From the IMG/VR virus record IMGVR_UViG_3300037466_002257: a stretch of DNA of 64,000 nucleotides; one strand, written 5' to 3'. Every line of letters starts with the position of its first letter. Position 1 is the first letter of the stretch. The notes under the pieces are model-generated. The model was given only the letters and a program-made list of their open reading frames with translations. It searched no databases and was not told the DNA's origin. Source of the DNA: an uncultured virus (IMG/VR IMGVR_UViG_3300037466_002257). Taxonomy: Duplodnaviria > Heunggongvirae > Uroviricota > Caudoviricetes. The translations under genes and the position numbers were made by a program. Positions 28,992-39,900 of the stretch are shown in pieces.

Positions 28992-29290
28992 CAGTTGGTG
29001 CCCTGCTCGAGCCTGCCCTCCAGCCACAGCCGGATCGCAGGCAGGTTCACCCACGCCGGGCTGCCCTGCGGCGCGACGTAGTGGACCTGTTTGCGCCACA
29101 CGCCGCTCTGCACGCGCTTGTAGACCGCGTTGGCGCTCTCGTCGGGAAACATGCGCAGGTACTGGGCCAGCGGAATCCAGCCGCCCATCAGGTCGCCGAG
29201 GCACCGCTCGACGAACTGCTCTTCGTTCAGGACCTCGTCGGCCCTGATCTTGGCGAGCAGGTCCTGCGCCTTGCGGATGTCGTCGGTCAC
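28991..29290 (-). CDS. Excisionase-like small DNA-binding protein
   Basis: WIPLAQY...SANAVYKRVQSGVW...WVNLPAIRLW pattern; GTG start overlapping upstream stop. Confidence 0.6.
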   Translation of the reverse strand: MTDDIRKAQDLLAKIRADEVLNEEQFVERCLGDLMGGWIPLAQYLRMFPDESANAVYKRVQSGVWRKQVHYVAPQGSPAWVNLPAIRLWLEGRLEQGTN

Positions 29291-29676
29291 TTCGTCTCTC
29301 CCGTGCCAGGCAGCGGCGACGTGCCGATCTTCGAGGCTTGCTTGCGCCTGATCTTCTCCATCACCTCGGGCTGCTCGCAGCGGCGCTGCTCGATCCACCC
29401 GCACTGCGTCATGTCGAGGCCGTGGGCTTCGGCCCACGCGGCGAGCGTGACCATCGTGCCGCCCAGCTCCTGCGGCAGCTCGCCCACGGGCCGGTTGTAG
29501 ACGTAGTCCACGAGCTGCAGCGCTTCTTCCTTCGTGCAACCTGCCGCCTGCACCAGCTCCAGAGCCTCTTCGAGGAAGCGGAAGTTGCGGATGCGCCGGT
29601 CGGCTGCGACCTTGTCGCCGAAGCACAGGCGTGCCCACAGCCCCACCGAGTGCTGAAATCCGTTGCTGACCATCAT
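29287..29676 (-). CDS. MazG-like all-alpha NTP pyrophosphohydrolase (putative)
   Basis: RFLEEALELVQA...QELGGTMVTL acidic helical motif. Confidence 0.5.
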   Translation of the reverse strand: MMVSNGFQHSVGLWARLCFGDKVAADRRIRNFRFLEEALELVQAAGCTKEEALQLVDYVYNRPVGELPQELGGTMVTLAAWAEAHGLDMTQCGWIEQRRCEQPEVMEKIRRKQASKIGTSPLPGTGETK

Positions 29677-29691
29677 TTCGGAAGTTCCTTT

Positions 29692-31809
29692 TCAGAGTTG
29701 AATGACCTGCTGCGCGAAGGCGTCGCTCAGGTCCGAGTGGGTGACCAGCACGATCTGGTCGAAGCCGATGGAGGCCACGAGGCCCAGCATGTTCGTCTCG
29801 CGACCGTCGTCGCACGCGGCGGCTGGTTCGTCGAGCACCATGAAGCCGCAGTTGGGCAGGAAGGTCTTCACGAGCGCCACGCGGATCGCAAGCCCCAGCG
29901 CGTCGAGCGTCGATCCCGACAGGCCCTCGACCGGCTGGCCGTCCACGCGGAAGCCGTTGTCCTCGCGCGTCACGATGGACGCCTTGCCCCGGATCGTGCT
30001 GAAGTAAGTGCTCACGGACGTGAGCACCACCTTCCACAGGCGGTCGGCGATCTGCGGCCGGGCACCTTGCAGCTTCTCCAGCAGTCGGTTGCCCTTGGCT
30101 GTGTCCTCCAGCGTGCGCAGCTCGCGATCCAAGTCGGCCTGCAGACGCTCGCGGGCGGCCTGCCGCTCCCTCTGCACTGCCAAGGCCGTCTCGTGGGCGC
30201 CACGGGCCGTCTGGACGGCCTGCTGGGCGTCCCGCAGGGCGACTTCGGCGGCGGCCAGCTTGTTCGCCAGCTCGCGGGCCGTCTCCAGCTCCCCGGCGAC
30301 GGCGGCGGCAGCGTCGTTGGCAGCCTGCAGCGCCTGCGCCAGCTCCTCGGCCTTGGCCTGCGCCGCCGCGAGCGTCTGCTCGGCCTGCGCCTTGGCGCCG
30401 GAGAGCTGGTCGTGGTTGCGCTGCTGCTGCTCCAGGCGGCGCAGCTCGCCCGCCACGTCCGGCCGGTCGCCCTCGGTCAGGCTCGGGCCGGTCCACGTCC
30501 ACCGCGCCGGAACGAACGCGTCGTCCAGCGTGATGAACTCGGCGCACCTCTGGTACACGCGGTCGCGGATGTTGGACTCGGCGACGACGGCGCGCAGCGC
30601 GTCGATCTCCTCCTCGGCCTCGTTCAGGGCCTCCTGCCACGACTGGACGTGCGCCTTGGCCGATGCGATCTCCTGCTGCAGGCCTGCGTTATGGAAGCCG
30701 ACCTCCGGCACGTCGGTGAGGTCCTTCGCGCAGAAGGCGCAGCTCGTCTCCTTGATGAGCATCGCCTCCTTGCGCGTGGCCGTCTGCTGCCACTCGGCTT
30801 TCTTGCTGCGCAAGTCCTCCACCGAGGCCTCGGCCTGCGAGATGGTCGCGAGCAGCTTCTCCATGCCCTCGTCCCATTCGGCATCAGGCGGCAGCAGACC
30901 GTCCAGCAGCTTGCGTGCCGTCCACGCCCGGTTCAAACGCTGCTCGTCCTCCACGTCGCGGCGCAGCGCCGCGATCCGCTGCGCGTCAGGCGCCTCGGGC
31001 ACCGTGATCTGCGCGAGCGCGTTCTCGGTCTGCGCCACGCGCACCTTGGCGTCGTGCGTGCGCGTCGCGAGCGTCGCGACCTCGTTGGCTTTGCGCTGCG
31101 CGTCCTCGGCACGCGGGCGCTGCGCGTCGCAGGCCTTCTGTGCGGCGTCGCGAATCTCCTTCGCGCTGAACTGCGCGAGGTCGGCGGCGTCGAACGCCTC
31201 CTTCAGAGCCGTGACGTTCAGGTCCTCGACCGGCGCATCCAGGCGGGCCTGCAGGTCGGCGATGCGCAGGGACAGCGGCTTGAGCTGGCCGTTGGGCACG
31301 TCTTCCTTCACGAGGCTGATGATGCGGTCGATGACGGAGAAGTTCGCGAGCTTCTCGATCAGCAGCACGGGCGCATTGGCGCCGCCTTCCAGCGCCCCAC
31401 GGATGCTCGTCTGGTTCGCCAGCATCAGGTCGCTCGCCACCTTGCCCGAGACGCCGAGGATCGACTCGAAGAACTTCGTGCACTCGTCCTGCCCGACGAC
31501 CAGCGGCTCGGCGCCGCCTTCAAGCCACACTTCGGCCCCGGCCTTGCTGCGCTTGCCGCAGTACGTGACGCCGTTGATCTCGACATCCAGCTCGGTCTTG
31601 AGCGTGGACACCTTCTCGCCGTAGGTGACGACTTGGTCGAGCGATTCGCGCAGCGCAAGGCGCGAGCCGAACATCGTGTAGGCCGCGGCCTCCAGCAGTG
31701 TCGTCTTGCCCGCCTCGTTCTGGCCCCGGATCGTGTTGACGCCCGGCAGGTACGTCAGTTCGAGGTCCCGGTGCTGCCGGAAATTAATCAGCCGTTGCCG
31801 TTTGAACAT
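29692..31809 (-). CDS. SbcC/Rad50-like SMC ATPase
   Basis: Walker A GQNEAGKT, CAFC zinc hook, LSGS signature, VLDEP Walker B, VTH. Confidence 0.92.
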   Translation of the reverse strand: MFKRQRLINFRQHRDLELTYLPGVNTIRGQNEAGKTTLLEAAAYTMFGSRLALRESLDQVVTYGEKVSTLKTELDVEINGVTYCGKRSKAGAEVWLEGGAEPLVVGQDECTKFFESILGVSGKVASDLMLANQTSIRGALEGGANAPVLLIEKLANFSVIDRIISLVKEDVPNGQLKPLSLRIADLQARLDAPVEDLNVTALKEAFDAADLAQFSAKEIRDAAQKACDAQRPRAEDAQRKANEVATLATRTHDAKVRVAQTENALAQITVPEAPDAQRIAALRRDVEDEQRLNRAWTARKLLDGLLPPDAEWDEGMEKLLATISQAEASVEDLRSKKAEWQQTATRKEAMLIKETSCAFCAKDLTDVPEVGFHNAGLQQEIASAKAHVQSWQEALNEAEEEIDALRAVVAESNIRDRVYQRCAEFITLDDAFVPARWTWTGPSLTEGDRPDVAGELRRLEQQQRNHDQLSGAKAQAEQTLAAAQAKAEELAQALQAANDAAAAVAGELETARELANKLAAAEVALRDAQQAVQTARGAHETALAVQRERQAARERLQADLDRELRTLEDTAKGNRLLEKLQGARPQIADRLWKVVLTSVSTYFSTIRGKASIVTREDNGFRVDGQPVEGLSGSTLDALGLAIRVALVKTFLPNCGFMVLDEPAAACDDGRETNMLGLVASIGFDQIVLVTHSDLSDAFAQQVIQL

Positions 31810-32860
31810 TGTTCTTCTCCACGATGTTTTTGACAGTGTCGCGCTCGAAGCCTTCGTCGAGCAGCTCGTACAGGGCCGAGAGCACGTCGAAGCCCTTCGC
31901 CGCTTCGAGCGAGAGCTTCACCTCGTCGTCGGCCTTCACGCCGTCGATGGCGACGGCGTTGGTGATGACGAAGGCGTCGCTCGCCTTGCGCAGCTTGGCG
32001 ATGGCGGCCACGACTTGCGTGGCCTCTTCCTTGCTGGCTTCGCCCTGCACGCGGATGAAGCGCTGCGGGTCGCCCTCGACGGCGACGCTGGAAAGCGCTC
32101 GCCAATCGACGCGCAGGAAGTCTACGTCGGCGTCCCACACCGCTTCGTGCACCAGCTTGTCGGCCTTGACGCGCAAAAGGTACTTCGCATCGTTGCCCAG
32201 GCAGTCGGCCACGGAGGTCGGAATCTGGTTGCCTACGATCACGACCTTGCCCTTCAGCTCGTCACGCCGCTGGTGCTCGTGGCCGAAGATGATGTGGTCC
32301 ACCGGCAGCTCGCGGGCCTGCTCGGGCGACACGTTCAACGAGTGGTCGGCCTCGATGGCGAACTTGTTGTCGTAATTCGCGTGCACGAAGAGGTGCTTGC
32401 ACTTCGGCACAGCCTTCAGCGCCTCGTTGAAGAGGTCCTGATTCGCCATGTGCGGCACCACGTAGGCGTCGTGCTCGGACAGCTCCAGCGGCACGAGGAT
32501 CGGAACGAACTGGCTGCCAAGCATCGTGCTCATGAACTTCACGTACAGGTCGAACGACGACATGAGCGTGCTGTTCTTCGCGATGTCGTGGTTGCCCCGC
32601 GCGGCGAACAGCGTGCAGCCCGCATTGCGCCGCGCCCACTCCACGCTGATGTTGACCGCTTCCCACAGGTCGGTGAGCGGGACCATGAAAGTGTCGAACA
32701 GGTCCCCGTTGATGAGGATGTCCGAACCATCGGCCCTTGCGAGCAGCGAGCGAAAGCTGTCCAGCGTCGCTTGCCGCAAGGCAAGGGCCGTCACGGGCGT
32801 CGTGCCGCCCGAGCGGATTGCTCCAATGTGCGTATCGTTTATCACGCAGAGGCTTCTCAT
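31784..32860 (-). CDS. SbcD/Mre11-like metallophosphoesterase nuclease
   Basis: DTH, GDLFD, GNHD, GHEH motifs; adjacent to SbcC-like gene. Confidence 0.9.
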   Translation of the reverse strand: MRSLCVINDTHIGAIRSGGTTPVTALALRQATLDSFRSLLARADGSDILINGDLFDTFMVPLTDLWEAVNISVEWARRNAGCTLFAARGNHDIAKNSTLMSSFDLYVKFMSTMLGSQFVPILVPLELSEHDAYVVPHMANQDLFNEALKAVPKCKHLFVHANYDNKFAIEADHSLNVSPEQARELPVDHIIFGHEHQRRDELKGKVVIVGNQIPTSVADCLGNDAKYLLRVKADKLVHEAVWDADVDFLRVDWRALSSVAVEGDPQRFIRVQGEASKEEATQVVAAIAKLRKASDAFVITNAVAIDGVKADDEVKLSLEAAKGFDVLSALYELLDEGFERDTVKNIVEKNNVQTATAD

Positions 32861-33111
32861 TGCGAAGTTCCTTTCTTGTCGAGTTGCTCGAAGAATTTGC
32901 CGGTCAGCGCCCGGCCGTGCCGCACGTCCACTTCGACGGCGTAGTAACCCATGCGAAGCGGCTGCAGCGGCTTCAGCGACACCGTGGGCACGAAGCCCGC
33001 CTGCATCGCCTGCACCGCCCAGTAGCCGAGCTGGCGCTCGATGTGCCTGCGGATTTTCTCGACATGCTCGAAGTTGTCGGCGTCGAAGTTGGGGACGATC
33101 TCGTTGCTCAT
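32857..33111 (-). CDS. Hypothetical protein
   Basis: 84 aa, coupled by 4-nt overlaps. Confidence 0.6.
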   Translation of the reverse strand: MSNEIVPNFDADNFEHVEKIRRHIERQLGYWAVQAMQAGFVPTVSLKPLQPLRMGYYAVEVDVRHGRALTGKFFEQLDKKGTSQ

Positions 33112-33506
33112 TGCTTTCTCTTTCTCGGAACGGGGAACCAGCCTTGCCACTGCGTGTCGTGGCCGTCGTAAGAGGCGAGCGTCGCCACGCCGCCCGGCCC
33201 GAGCAGCAGCACCTTCACGCCGCGCGGGCAGGTGTCCATGTCGTAGAACTCGTGTTCGCCGACGGCGACGGTCTTGTCGGTGTTGAGGTGAAAGGACTCG
33301 TCTTCGACCTTGGGCTTGACGCAGTCGGGGCACAGGCAGATGAGGTGCGCCCGCTCGTCGCCCATGCCGAGGTCCGACACGCTCAGCTCGTTGGCGAACC
33401 ACTCGACGGCGTCGAGCGTGTCCTTCGAGCAAGAGGCGAAGACCTCGCGCCCGAGGTCCCTGACGCGGTATGCGAGCCGCTGCAACGCTTCTTGCGTCTC
33501 GCTCAT
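33108..33506 (-). CDS. Hypothetical protein
   Basis: 132 aa; CPRGVKVLLL...WQGWFPVP. Confidence 0.6.
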   Translation of the reverse strand: MSETQEALQRLAYRVRDLGREVFASCSKDTLDAVEWFANELSVSDLGMGDERAHLICLCPDCVKPKVEDESFHLNTDKTVAVGEHEFYDMDTCPRGVKVLLLGPGGVATLASYDGHDTQWQGWFPVPRKRKQ

Positions 33507-33997
33507 CGCACGATCCCCCGCACCACGTCTTCCATCTTCACCAGCGGGAACGGCGACAGGTCCCACGACGCCACACCCTTCACGTACTGTGTCTCGTTGA
33601 AGAACGCGAGCGGCACGCTGCGCCAGGTCACGTTCGGCTTGCGCATGCCCTTGAGCTTGTGGGCCACAAGGACCAGCGCCTCGCACCCGGCCATGTGCCG
33701 TAGCCAGGCACGCGCGATCTTGTCGCGGCTGTAGTTCTGGTGCGGCAGCCGCGACAGGTGCTCGACCTCCTTGACCTCGATGATGCCGTTGCGGGTGTAG
33801 GGCACTCGGTCACGGGCCTGCCCCACCTCGCACTCACCAGCACGCAGGAACCACTGGAAGTCCGAGTCGGCGGGCTGCATGAAGCCGCCGTGCGCGTCGG
33901 GGATGCGGTTGAACTTGAAGCCCGCAACTTCCTTTTCGAGGTCCGCGAGCACGTCGCGGACTTGGCCTTCGGCCCACTTGCCACGGTCAGCGGCCAT
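33503..33997 (-). CDS. PD-(D/E)xK nuclease, RecU-like Holliday junction resolvase (putative)
   Basis: RGKWAE, SDF, IEVKE motifs. Confidence 0.6.
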   Translation of the reverse strand: MAADRGKWAEGQVRDVLADLEKEVAGFKFNRIPDAHGGFMQPADSDFQWFLRAGECEVGQARDRVPYTRNGIIEVKEVEHLSRLPHQNYSRDKIARAWLRHMAGCEALVLVAHKLKGMRKPNVTWRSVPLAFFNETQYVKGVASWDLSPFPLVKMEDVVRGIVR

Positions 33998-34187
33998 CGT
34001 CCCTCCTCGGCCTGACGGCCTCTTTGAAGTTGTCCTTCGCGCTCTTCACGAGCGCTGCAGTGTTGTCGAACGGCCCGCGATGCGGGTCGTAGCTGGATGC
34101 GGGCAGCGTGACGATGTCGGCGACGACGCCCACGGGCGTCGCCAGCGCCGACACGGCAGCCTTGATGAGGTTGCCGAGCATGGTCAC
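33987..34187 (-). CDS. Hypothetical protein
   Basis: 66 aa, PVGVVADIVTL. Confidence 0.55.
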   Translation of the reverse strand: MTMLGNLIKAAVSALATPVGVVADIVTLPASSYDPHRGPFDNTAALVKSAKDNFKEAVRPRRDDGR

Positions 34188-34378
34188 ACCACCTCGCCGT
34201 CGAGGTCGGTGTCGTACACGGTGCCGCCGTAGGCTTTGCCGAGAACGTTCTCGCGCACGGCCAGCTTGGCGGCTTCCTTGCTGCGGAAGGTGGCGACGCG
34301 CTCGTTGCCGTGCCCGTCGGTGTCCATCAGCGGCACGACACCGCCGTTCGGGTGATACAGAGTCGCGAAGAACATCAC
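34184..34378 (-). CDS. Hypothetical protein
   Basis: 64 aa, overlapping stop/start. Confidence 0.55.
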   Translation of the reverse strand: MMFFATLYHPNGGVVPLMDTDGHGNERVATFRSKEAAKLAVRENVLGKAYGGTVYDTDLDGEVV

Positions 34379-35109
34379 TTCCTCACATGCTTGTCGAACA
34401 GGGCCATCAGGCCGGGCAGGTGCGGGCGCAGCAGCGAGACGATGGCCTCGGCGTAGCGCTGCGCCTCGATCTGCGCGTGGGTGTGGGCGCGCAGCCTGCA
34501 GAACTTGAAAAGGTTCGCGAGGTCCACGTTCCCGAGCCAGTGCACGTAGTGGTTCAGGTGCAGGAACATGCGGGCGTGTTCAGGGGCGACGCCTTGCTCG
34601 ATCCAATATAGATACGAGGCGTAGCTTTCAGAGCACGTAGCATTGAGCGAGGCCCTGAAGCCTGTCTGCAGCTCGGGCGAGAGGTTGTCCTCCTGCCCCT
34701 GCTTCTTGTTGGCGGCCTTGCCGCCGACGACTTCAGGGATGTACCACTCGCCAGGCAGCGTGATGTAGCGGCCCGACGACTCGTTGCGCCGCCATGTGCG
34801 GTGCCGCACCATTTGGCGGTCCACGAAGATCGGCACCTTCACCTCGATCCAGACCGAGATCATCTCGAAGGGCGACGTGTGCTCGTTCACAAGCAGGTAC
34901 TCGTTGAGCTTCATGTCCTGCTCGTAGGTGCGCTCGCTGTCCATCTGCTCGAAGGACATGCGCGCGGCTTGCGCCGGGTCGATGTCGTCGGCGTCGAAGT
35001 CGCGCCATGTCACGTCGCCGCCGCGAATTTCGGAGGGCCTGCGTGTCGGCCCCGCAAGGTTGCGCAGCGTGACGAAGCCGTGATCGAGGACCTTGATCGT
35101 GTTGCTCAT
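34375..35109 (-). CDS. thyX: Flavin-dependent thymidylate synthase
   Basis: AARMS, HTSPFE, RQMVRHR...NESSGRY signature, HAQIE. Confidence 0.93.
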   Translation of the reverse strand: MSNTIKVLDHGFVTLRNLAGPTRRPSEIRGGDVTWRDFDADDIDPAQAARMSFEQMDSERTYEQDMKLNEYLLVNEHTSPFEMISVWIEVKVPIFVDRQMVRHRTWRRNESSGRYITLPGEWYIPEVVGGKAANKKQGQEDNLSPELQTGFRASLNATCSESYASYLYWIEQGVAPEHARMFLHLNHYVHWLGNVDLANLFKFCRLRAHTHAQIEAQRYAEAIVSLLRPHLPGLMALFDKHVRK

Positions 35110-35309
35110 GCCTGCACCTCCGAAAAGCCGCGCTGCGCGTTCGAGTAGAAGGCCTCGACGCGCACCCACGTCTCGGACTTGCCGTGCGCGTTCTTCACGC
35201 GGGCGCGGCGGTTTGTCGTGTCGTGCGACACCACAACGACCTCGCGCGTCATGCGCGGGTCGTTGTCCTTCCAGCGCGAGCCGATGGGCGGGTACTTCTC
35301 GTTCTTCAC
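35106..35309 (-). CDS. Hypothetical protein
   Basis: 67 aa, coupled overlaps. Confidence 0.55.
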   Translation of the reverse strand: MKNEKYPPIGSRWKDNDPRMTREVVVVSHDTTNRRARVKNAHGKSETWVRVEAFYSNAQRGFSEVQA

Positions 35310-35620
35310 GCCTTCACCTCCGCATTCGCCTTCTGCGCATCCGCCAGCATCCAGAGCTGCACGGTGCGCACGGCCATCGTGTCGATGAAGGCGACGACGG
35401 GCTTCAGACCCTCCTCGGGCACGTCCTGCGCGACGCCCTTGAACACGCCGATGGACAGCGACAGCGAGCCGTCTTCCTTCAACTTGTTCGGGATCACGAC
35501 GCGGTCGCCGACGACGCGGTTCAGCAAGCCCACTTCGCTCGCAACGTAGTGGTACAGCTTCGGGCTGCCGGAGAGTTCAACGGCAATGACCTTCTTGCCG
35601 AGATTTTTGGGTTCGAGCAT
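35306..35620 (-). CDS. Hypothetical protein
   Basis: 104 aa, SD GAAAGGA. Confidence 0.65.
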   Translation of the reverse strand: MLEPKNLGKKVIAVELSGSPKLYHYVASEVGLLNRVVGDRVVIPNKLKEDGSLSLSIGVFKGVAQDVPEEGLKPVVAFIDTMAVRTVQLWMLADAQKANAEVKA

Positions 35621-35636
35621 TTGAAAGTTCCTTTCT

Positions 35637-36572
35637 TCAGTTGGACATGTCTTCGGCCAGCCGTTTGCTGACGAAGGTGGGGAAGCGCGGCTCGTCCTTC
35701 ACGCCGTGCGTCATGTGCTTGATCTTGGCGATGTGGCCGACGATATGGCTCGGGTCCTCGAACCAGGCCTTGGCCTCGGCCACCGTCATCTCGCCCGAGC
35801 CTGCCTTGATCTCGCGACCCTTCTCGAACAGGACGCGCCCGTGGTGGTCCAGCACGTCGTTCAGGATGATCCCGTAGATTGCGCCGATCTCGCCGTTCGG
35901 CACGAGGCCTGCCTTGGCCGACGAGCGCTCGGTGCGCCCCAGCTCGTTCGTCTTCGCCTCGTTCGTGTTCTTCGCGCCCTCTTCGAGCCGCGTCACCTTG
36001 ATCTCGAAGTCGCCCCACGGCTTGATGCGCCAGAGCTGCTGACCCTTGCTCGTGGCCCGGCCTTCCTTGTAGGTGGCGTTCGGGTTGCGCAGGATCAGGC
36101 CCTCGAAGCCCTCGTCCAGGCAGAGGGCCATGTACGCATCGACCTCGGCGCGATTGAGCAGCACCTTGTACGGCACGAGCCGCAAGCGGTCGTCGCCGGA
36201 CTGGGCCACGGCTTCGCGTGCCGCCACATAGCGCTGCATGTACGTGTGCGACGGGTGTTCGAGGTAGTCGAAAATCCACCAGACCACGTCCGGCATCTGC
36301 GTGACGCCCTTGAACGCGCCCATCGCGCCGGTCGTGAGGCTGCACAGGCGCGGTGCCGTGGGGTCGTACCCGAGCGTCATCTCGCCATCGAGGAACTTGT
36401 GGTGCGGTTGCGAGAAGCGCTCGGTGATGCCGGTGCCCGTGAACTTCTTGAGCGACCGGCCGGTGAGCGTGCCATCCAGGTTGACGGCGCGCACGCCGTC
36501 GATCTTGGGCTGGCCCCACACCGGGTAGATGATGCTGTCGAGGATCGCGTCCTCAGCGAGTTGCGGTTTCAT
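35637..36572 (-). CDS. ATP-dependent DNA ligase
   Basis: KIDGVR, LDGE, IFD, EGLILR, RIKP, RFP motifs. Confidence 0.92.
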   Translation of the reverse strand: MKPQLAEDAILDSIIYPVWGQPKIDGVRAVNLDGTLTGRSLKKFTGTGITERFSQPHHKFLDGEMTLGYDPTAPRLCSLTTGAMGAFKGVTQMPDVVWWIFDYLEHPSHTYMQRYVAAREAVAQSGDDRLRLVPYKVLLNRAEVDAYMALCLDEGFEGLILRNPNATYKEGRATSKGQQLWRIKPWGDFEIKVTRLEEGAKNTNEAKTNELGRTERSSAKAGLVPNGEIGAIYGIILNDVLDHHGRVLFEKGREIKAGSGEMTVAEAKAWFEDPSHIVGHIAKIKHMTHGVKDEPRFPTFVSKRLAEDMSN

Positions 36573-36587
36573 TCTGGAAAGTTCCTT

Positions 36588-36791
36588 TCAATTGTTGTTG
36601 ACCGGGTGTCCGTAATGCCACTTGGAGCAGAAGCGGCACTTGTATGCTTTCATGAAGCTGCCTGTCCGCAGCATCCGGTGCGGACGGTAGGCAGCGGCCT
36701 CCGCTGCTGCCTCCGTCTCGAACTGCTGTTTGCCGTCACAGGAGCGAGCCTTAGGCGGCTTGCCCCTGATCCGCTTTCGCGGCTTGCCCAC
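36588..36791 (-). CDS. Small basic zinc-binding protein
   Basis: C..K..F...AYKCRFCSKWH. Confidence 0.6.
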   Translation of the reverse strand: MGKPRKRIRGKPPKARSCDGKQQFETEAAAEAAAYRPHRMLRTGSFMKAYKCRFCSKWHYGHPVNNN

Positions 36792-36805
36792 GAAAAGTTC
36801 CTTTC

Positions 36806-36967
36806 TTAGGGGTGATATCGGAAATACGCCCTGACAAAGGGCTCGACGACGGCAATGACCAGCGACAGCACCGCGCAGGCAAGCGAGGCGGCTCGCCCAT
36901 TCTTCTGCGAGAGGTGGGGCGCGATGAAGATCATTGTGCCCAGCAGGTAGAGTTCGGAGAGCTTCAT
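36806..36967 (-). CDS. Small membrane protein
   Basis: 53 aa, two hydrophobic stretches, ATGA overlap with polA. Confidence 0.5.
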   Translation of the reverse strand: MKLSELYLLGTMIFIAPHLSQKNGRAASLACAVLSLVIAVVEPFVRAYFRYHP

Positions 36968-39900
36968 GCCGCCACCTTCTCGCCCTTGAGGTACGCGAAG
37001 TACGCTTCGAGGCCCTTGTCGATGGCTTCGTCCGTCGGCTCCTCGCCGATCTCGAACTGCACGCCGAAGTTGGGGCCGAACGAGATCGAGGAGACGATGG
37101 GAACCTGCATGCCTGCGTAGTTCGCCACCATCGCGGCGTGCTTGCGCTTGATGAAAGGCTTCAGGTCCTTGATCGCGCAGGACGACACCACTTCGTCGTG
37201 AATCGGACCGTAGCTGACGGCGTCGAACTCGAAGAAGATTCCGTCGCGCCACATGCGACCCTCGGCCAGCTTCGTCTGCTCGCCGCACGAGCCCTGCACC
37301 TTGAAGTTCACAGCCTGGCGCTCGGCCTTGCTCGCGTCCATGAAGTTGTCCGAGTCGAGCGCGGCACGCAGGTGACGGCGGGCGCCCATCATCGTGCAGA
37401 CGAAGCCGTTGTTCTTCGCTTCCTCGATGATCTCTTCCTTCCACTCGGCGACACGCGGGAACGCGGCCTCGCGGGCGTCGATGAACATCTGCGCTTCTTC
37501 CTCGGTCACGAGCATCGTGGCTGCGAGCTTGGGAGCCATCGCGCCGTACTCGGTCGTGAAGTTCGTCTTCTTGCCGCGAGCGCGGAAGTCGCCGATCAAC
37601 TGACCCAGTTCGGTCTTCTTGAACTCCTTGTCGAGGTCACGCTGGCGAACGTAGCCTGCGAACTCCTCGTAGGTCATCTCGCCGTACTCGCTGGCCTTGA
37701 GCGCCAGCAGAATCGCATGCCCCGTGATCGAGTGCATGTCCTTCTTGTTCTCGCCCACGTAGCAGGCGATCAGGTTCGGGTCCTGCGACTGCTCGCCGAT
37801 GTTGCGCAGCTCCTGCGCGTTGAAGTCCATCGACACCACGACAGCGTCTTCGTGGTGCGGCAGGATCGCTTCGCGAAAGCGCGGGGTCACGGAAGCCTTG
37901 ATCTCGGCGTCCGTGATCGTCGCAAGCTCGACCTTCTGGTGCTTGGGAAGCTGCTGCTTGTTCGGCTTGCTCTCCGAAGCGCGGCGCGTGTTCGTCGCGC
38001 ATTGGTTGTGCGACGGGTGGATGCGGCCGGTCTTCCAGTGCACGAAGTACGGGTACTTCGTGTAGTACAGCTCGCGGCGCGTGCCGACCATGCGAACGAG
38101 CCAGATGCAGTCCAGAATCTCCTTGATCTCGGGCGATGCGACGCGCATCGAGTAGCGGATCGCAAGCTCGTCGGTCTTCGGGGACCCCTTCTCGCCGCGC
38201 TGCTTCATCGCCGGGGTCGGCTTGTTGCGAATCTGGACCGGCAGCGCCATCGTCTCGTAAAGGAGCTTTTGAATCTGCTTCGGGCTGTCCATGTTCAGCG
38301 TCGGCTCGGGCTTGAAGTGCGAGGTCACCCAGGCGGTGAACTGCATCGCGCCTTCCTCGCTCGCCGCACAGGCTTCGAGCATCCCGGCGAACTCGTCGGC
38401 GCCCTCGTCGCGCAGCATCTTCACCAGCTTGCTCACCGTGCGCACCGCCGTGTCCAGCGTGTCGCCTGTGACGATGTTGAAGGCCTGCTTGATCTCGGGC
38501 AGCGTGATGTCCTTCGTGAAGACGGGCGGCACCGTGCCGTCCCACTCTTTCTCGATCAGGAAGGCGCGCAGCTTGCCCCACGCCATGTCGTAGACCTTGT
38601 CGTCGGCCTTCTCCAGCTCGCGGCAGGTTTGCAGCGAGAAGGCAAGGCCGCGCACGAAGTTCAGCGCGTGCAGGTAGCTCGCGTCGATCTCGACTTCGCG
38701 GTAGATGTCCCACGTCCCCTCCAGCTCCATGATGAGCCGGTAGAAGACGTGCTGGGCCGCCGTGCAGATGGTGTCGTCGCAGCCGTAGTCGAAGACGTGC
38801 GTGGCGGGCAGCTCGCGCATCTTGTAGCGGCGCACCTCGACTTCGACGCCGTCCACCTCCTGCACGCCGATCTCGCGCCCGCCAGGCGGCAGGTCGTGGC
38901 CGCGCAGGGTCGTCACGTCGTCGTACTCGACCTGCTTGTAGCCGAGGTGCAGCATCGAGCGGTGCTTCAGGCCGAGGGCCTCGTTCTCGTTGACATACGA
39001 GGCTTCGAGCTTCGTGTCGAGCGAGCGCGGCAGGAAGCCGTGGAAACCGTTCTCGGCCCAGTGGTCACGCCAGTAGGTGCCGTCCTCGTCCTGCGCCATG
39101 TAGATCACGGGCAGCTCGAAGTGGTTGTTGTGGATCACGAGGTCGTGGTCCACGGACACGCGCAGGTCGGGGTGCTGGTTCGTGAACGCCTCGATCATGA
39201 AGCGGGCCTGCGACATGCGAATGTTCTTCGTGTTCGCGTGGTCCACCGACACGTAGATCGTGCGGTTCATGTTCGCGCCGAACGTGAAGCTGAAGCCGGT
39301 GAGCGTGCTGCCGATCTGATCGACGCCGTCCGGGTCGCCCTGCGCGGCCAGCCACTCGTCGCTCTCGTCGGCCGACGACGATTCGATGTCGAAAGCCAGA
39401 AAGGGACTTTTCTTGACGTGCGGCAGGCACGCGTTCAGCACCTCGGCGAAGTTGTCGGCCGTCACCAGCACCTTCTGCTGATACCATTGCTTCAGGCGCT
39501 CGTCGCACGGCGACGGCGCCTCCAGCACGACGCCCGCCGTCCACTCCAGCGCATGCGTGCGCGTCTCGACCCATTCGGGGTGCAGCTTGGCGAGCTTGAA
39601 GCAGCGGATGACCTGCTCCTCCTGATCGCAGATTTTGCGGATCAGGGGGTGCGCCACCTTCTTGCCGTTCATCTCCTGCGCCATCTCGTGCAGCGCCGGA
39701 TCGAGGCGGCCCGCGTCGAGCATGTCGTACAACTCCTGCAGGCCGTCCTCGCCGTAGGCGGCGCAGAAGTCGGCCCACGCCTTCGGGCCGAACCCCTCGC
39801 AGCCCTTGATGTTGTCCGACGAGTCGCCCACCAGCGCCTTGTAGACGGTGATGAGGTGGTGCGCGAACGTGCCGTACTTGTTGACGCCGACGAGGCCGTC

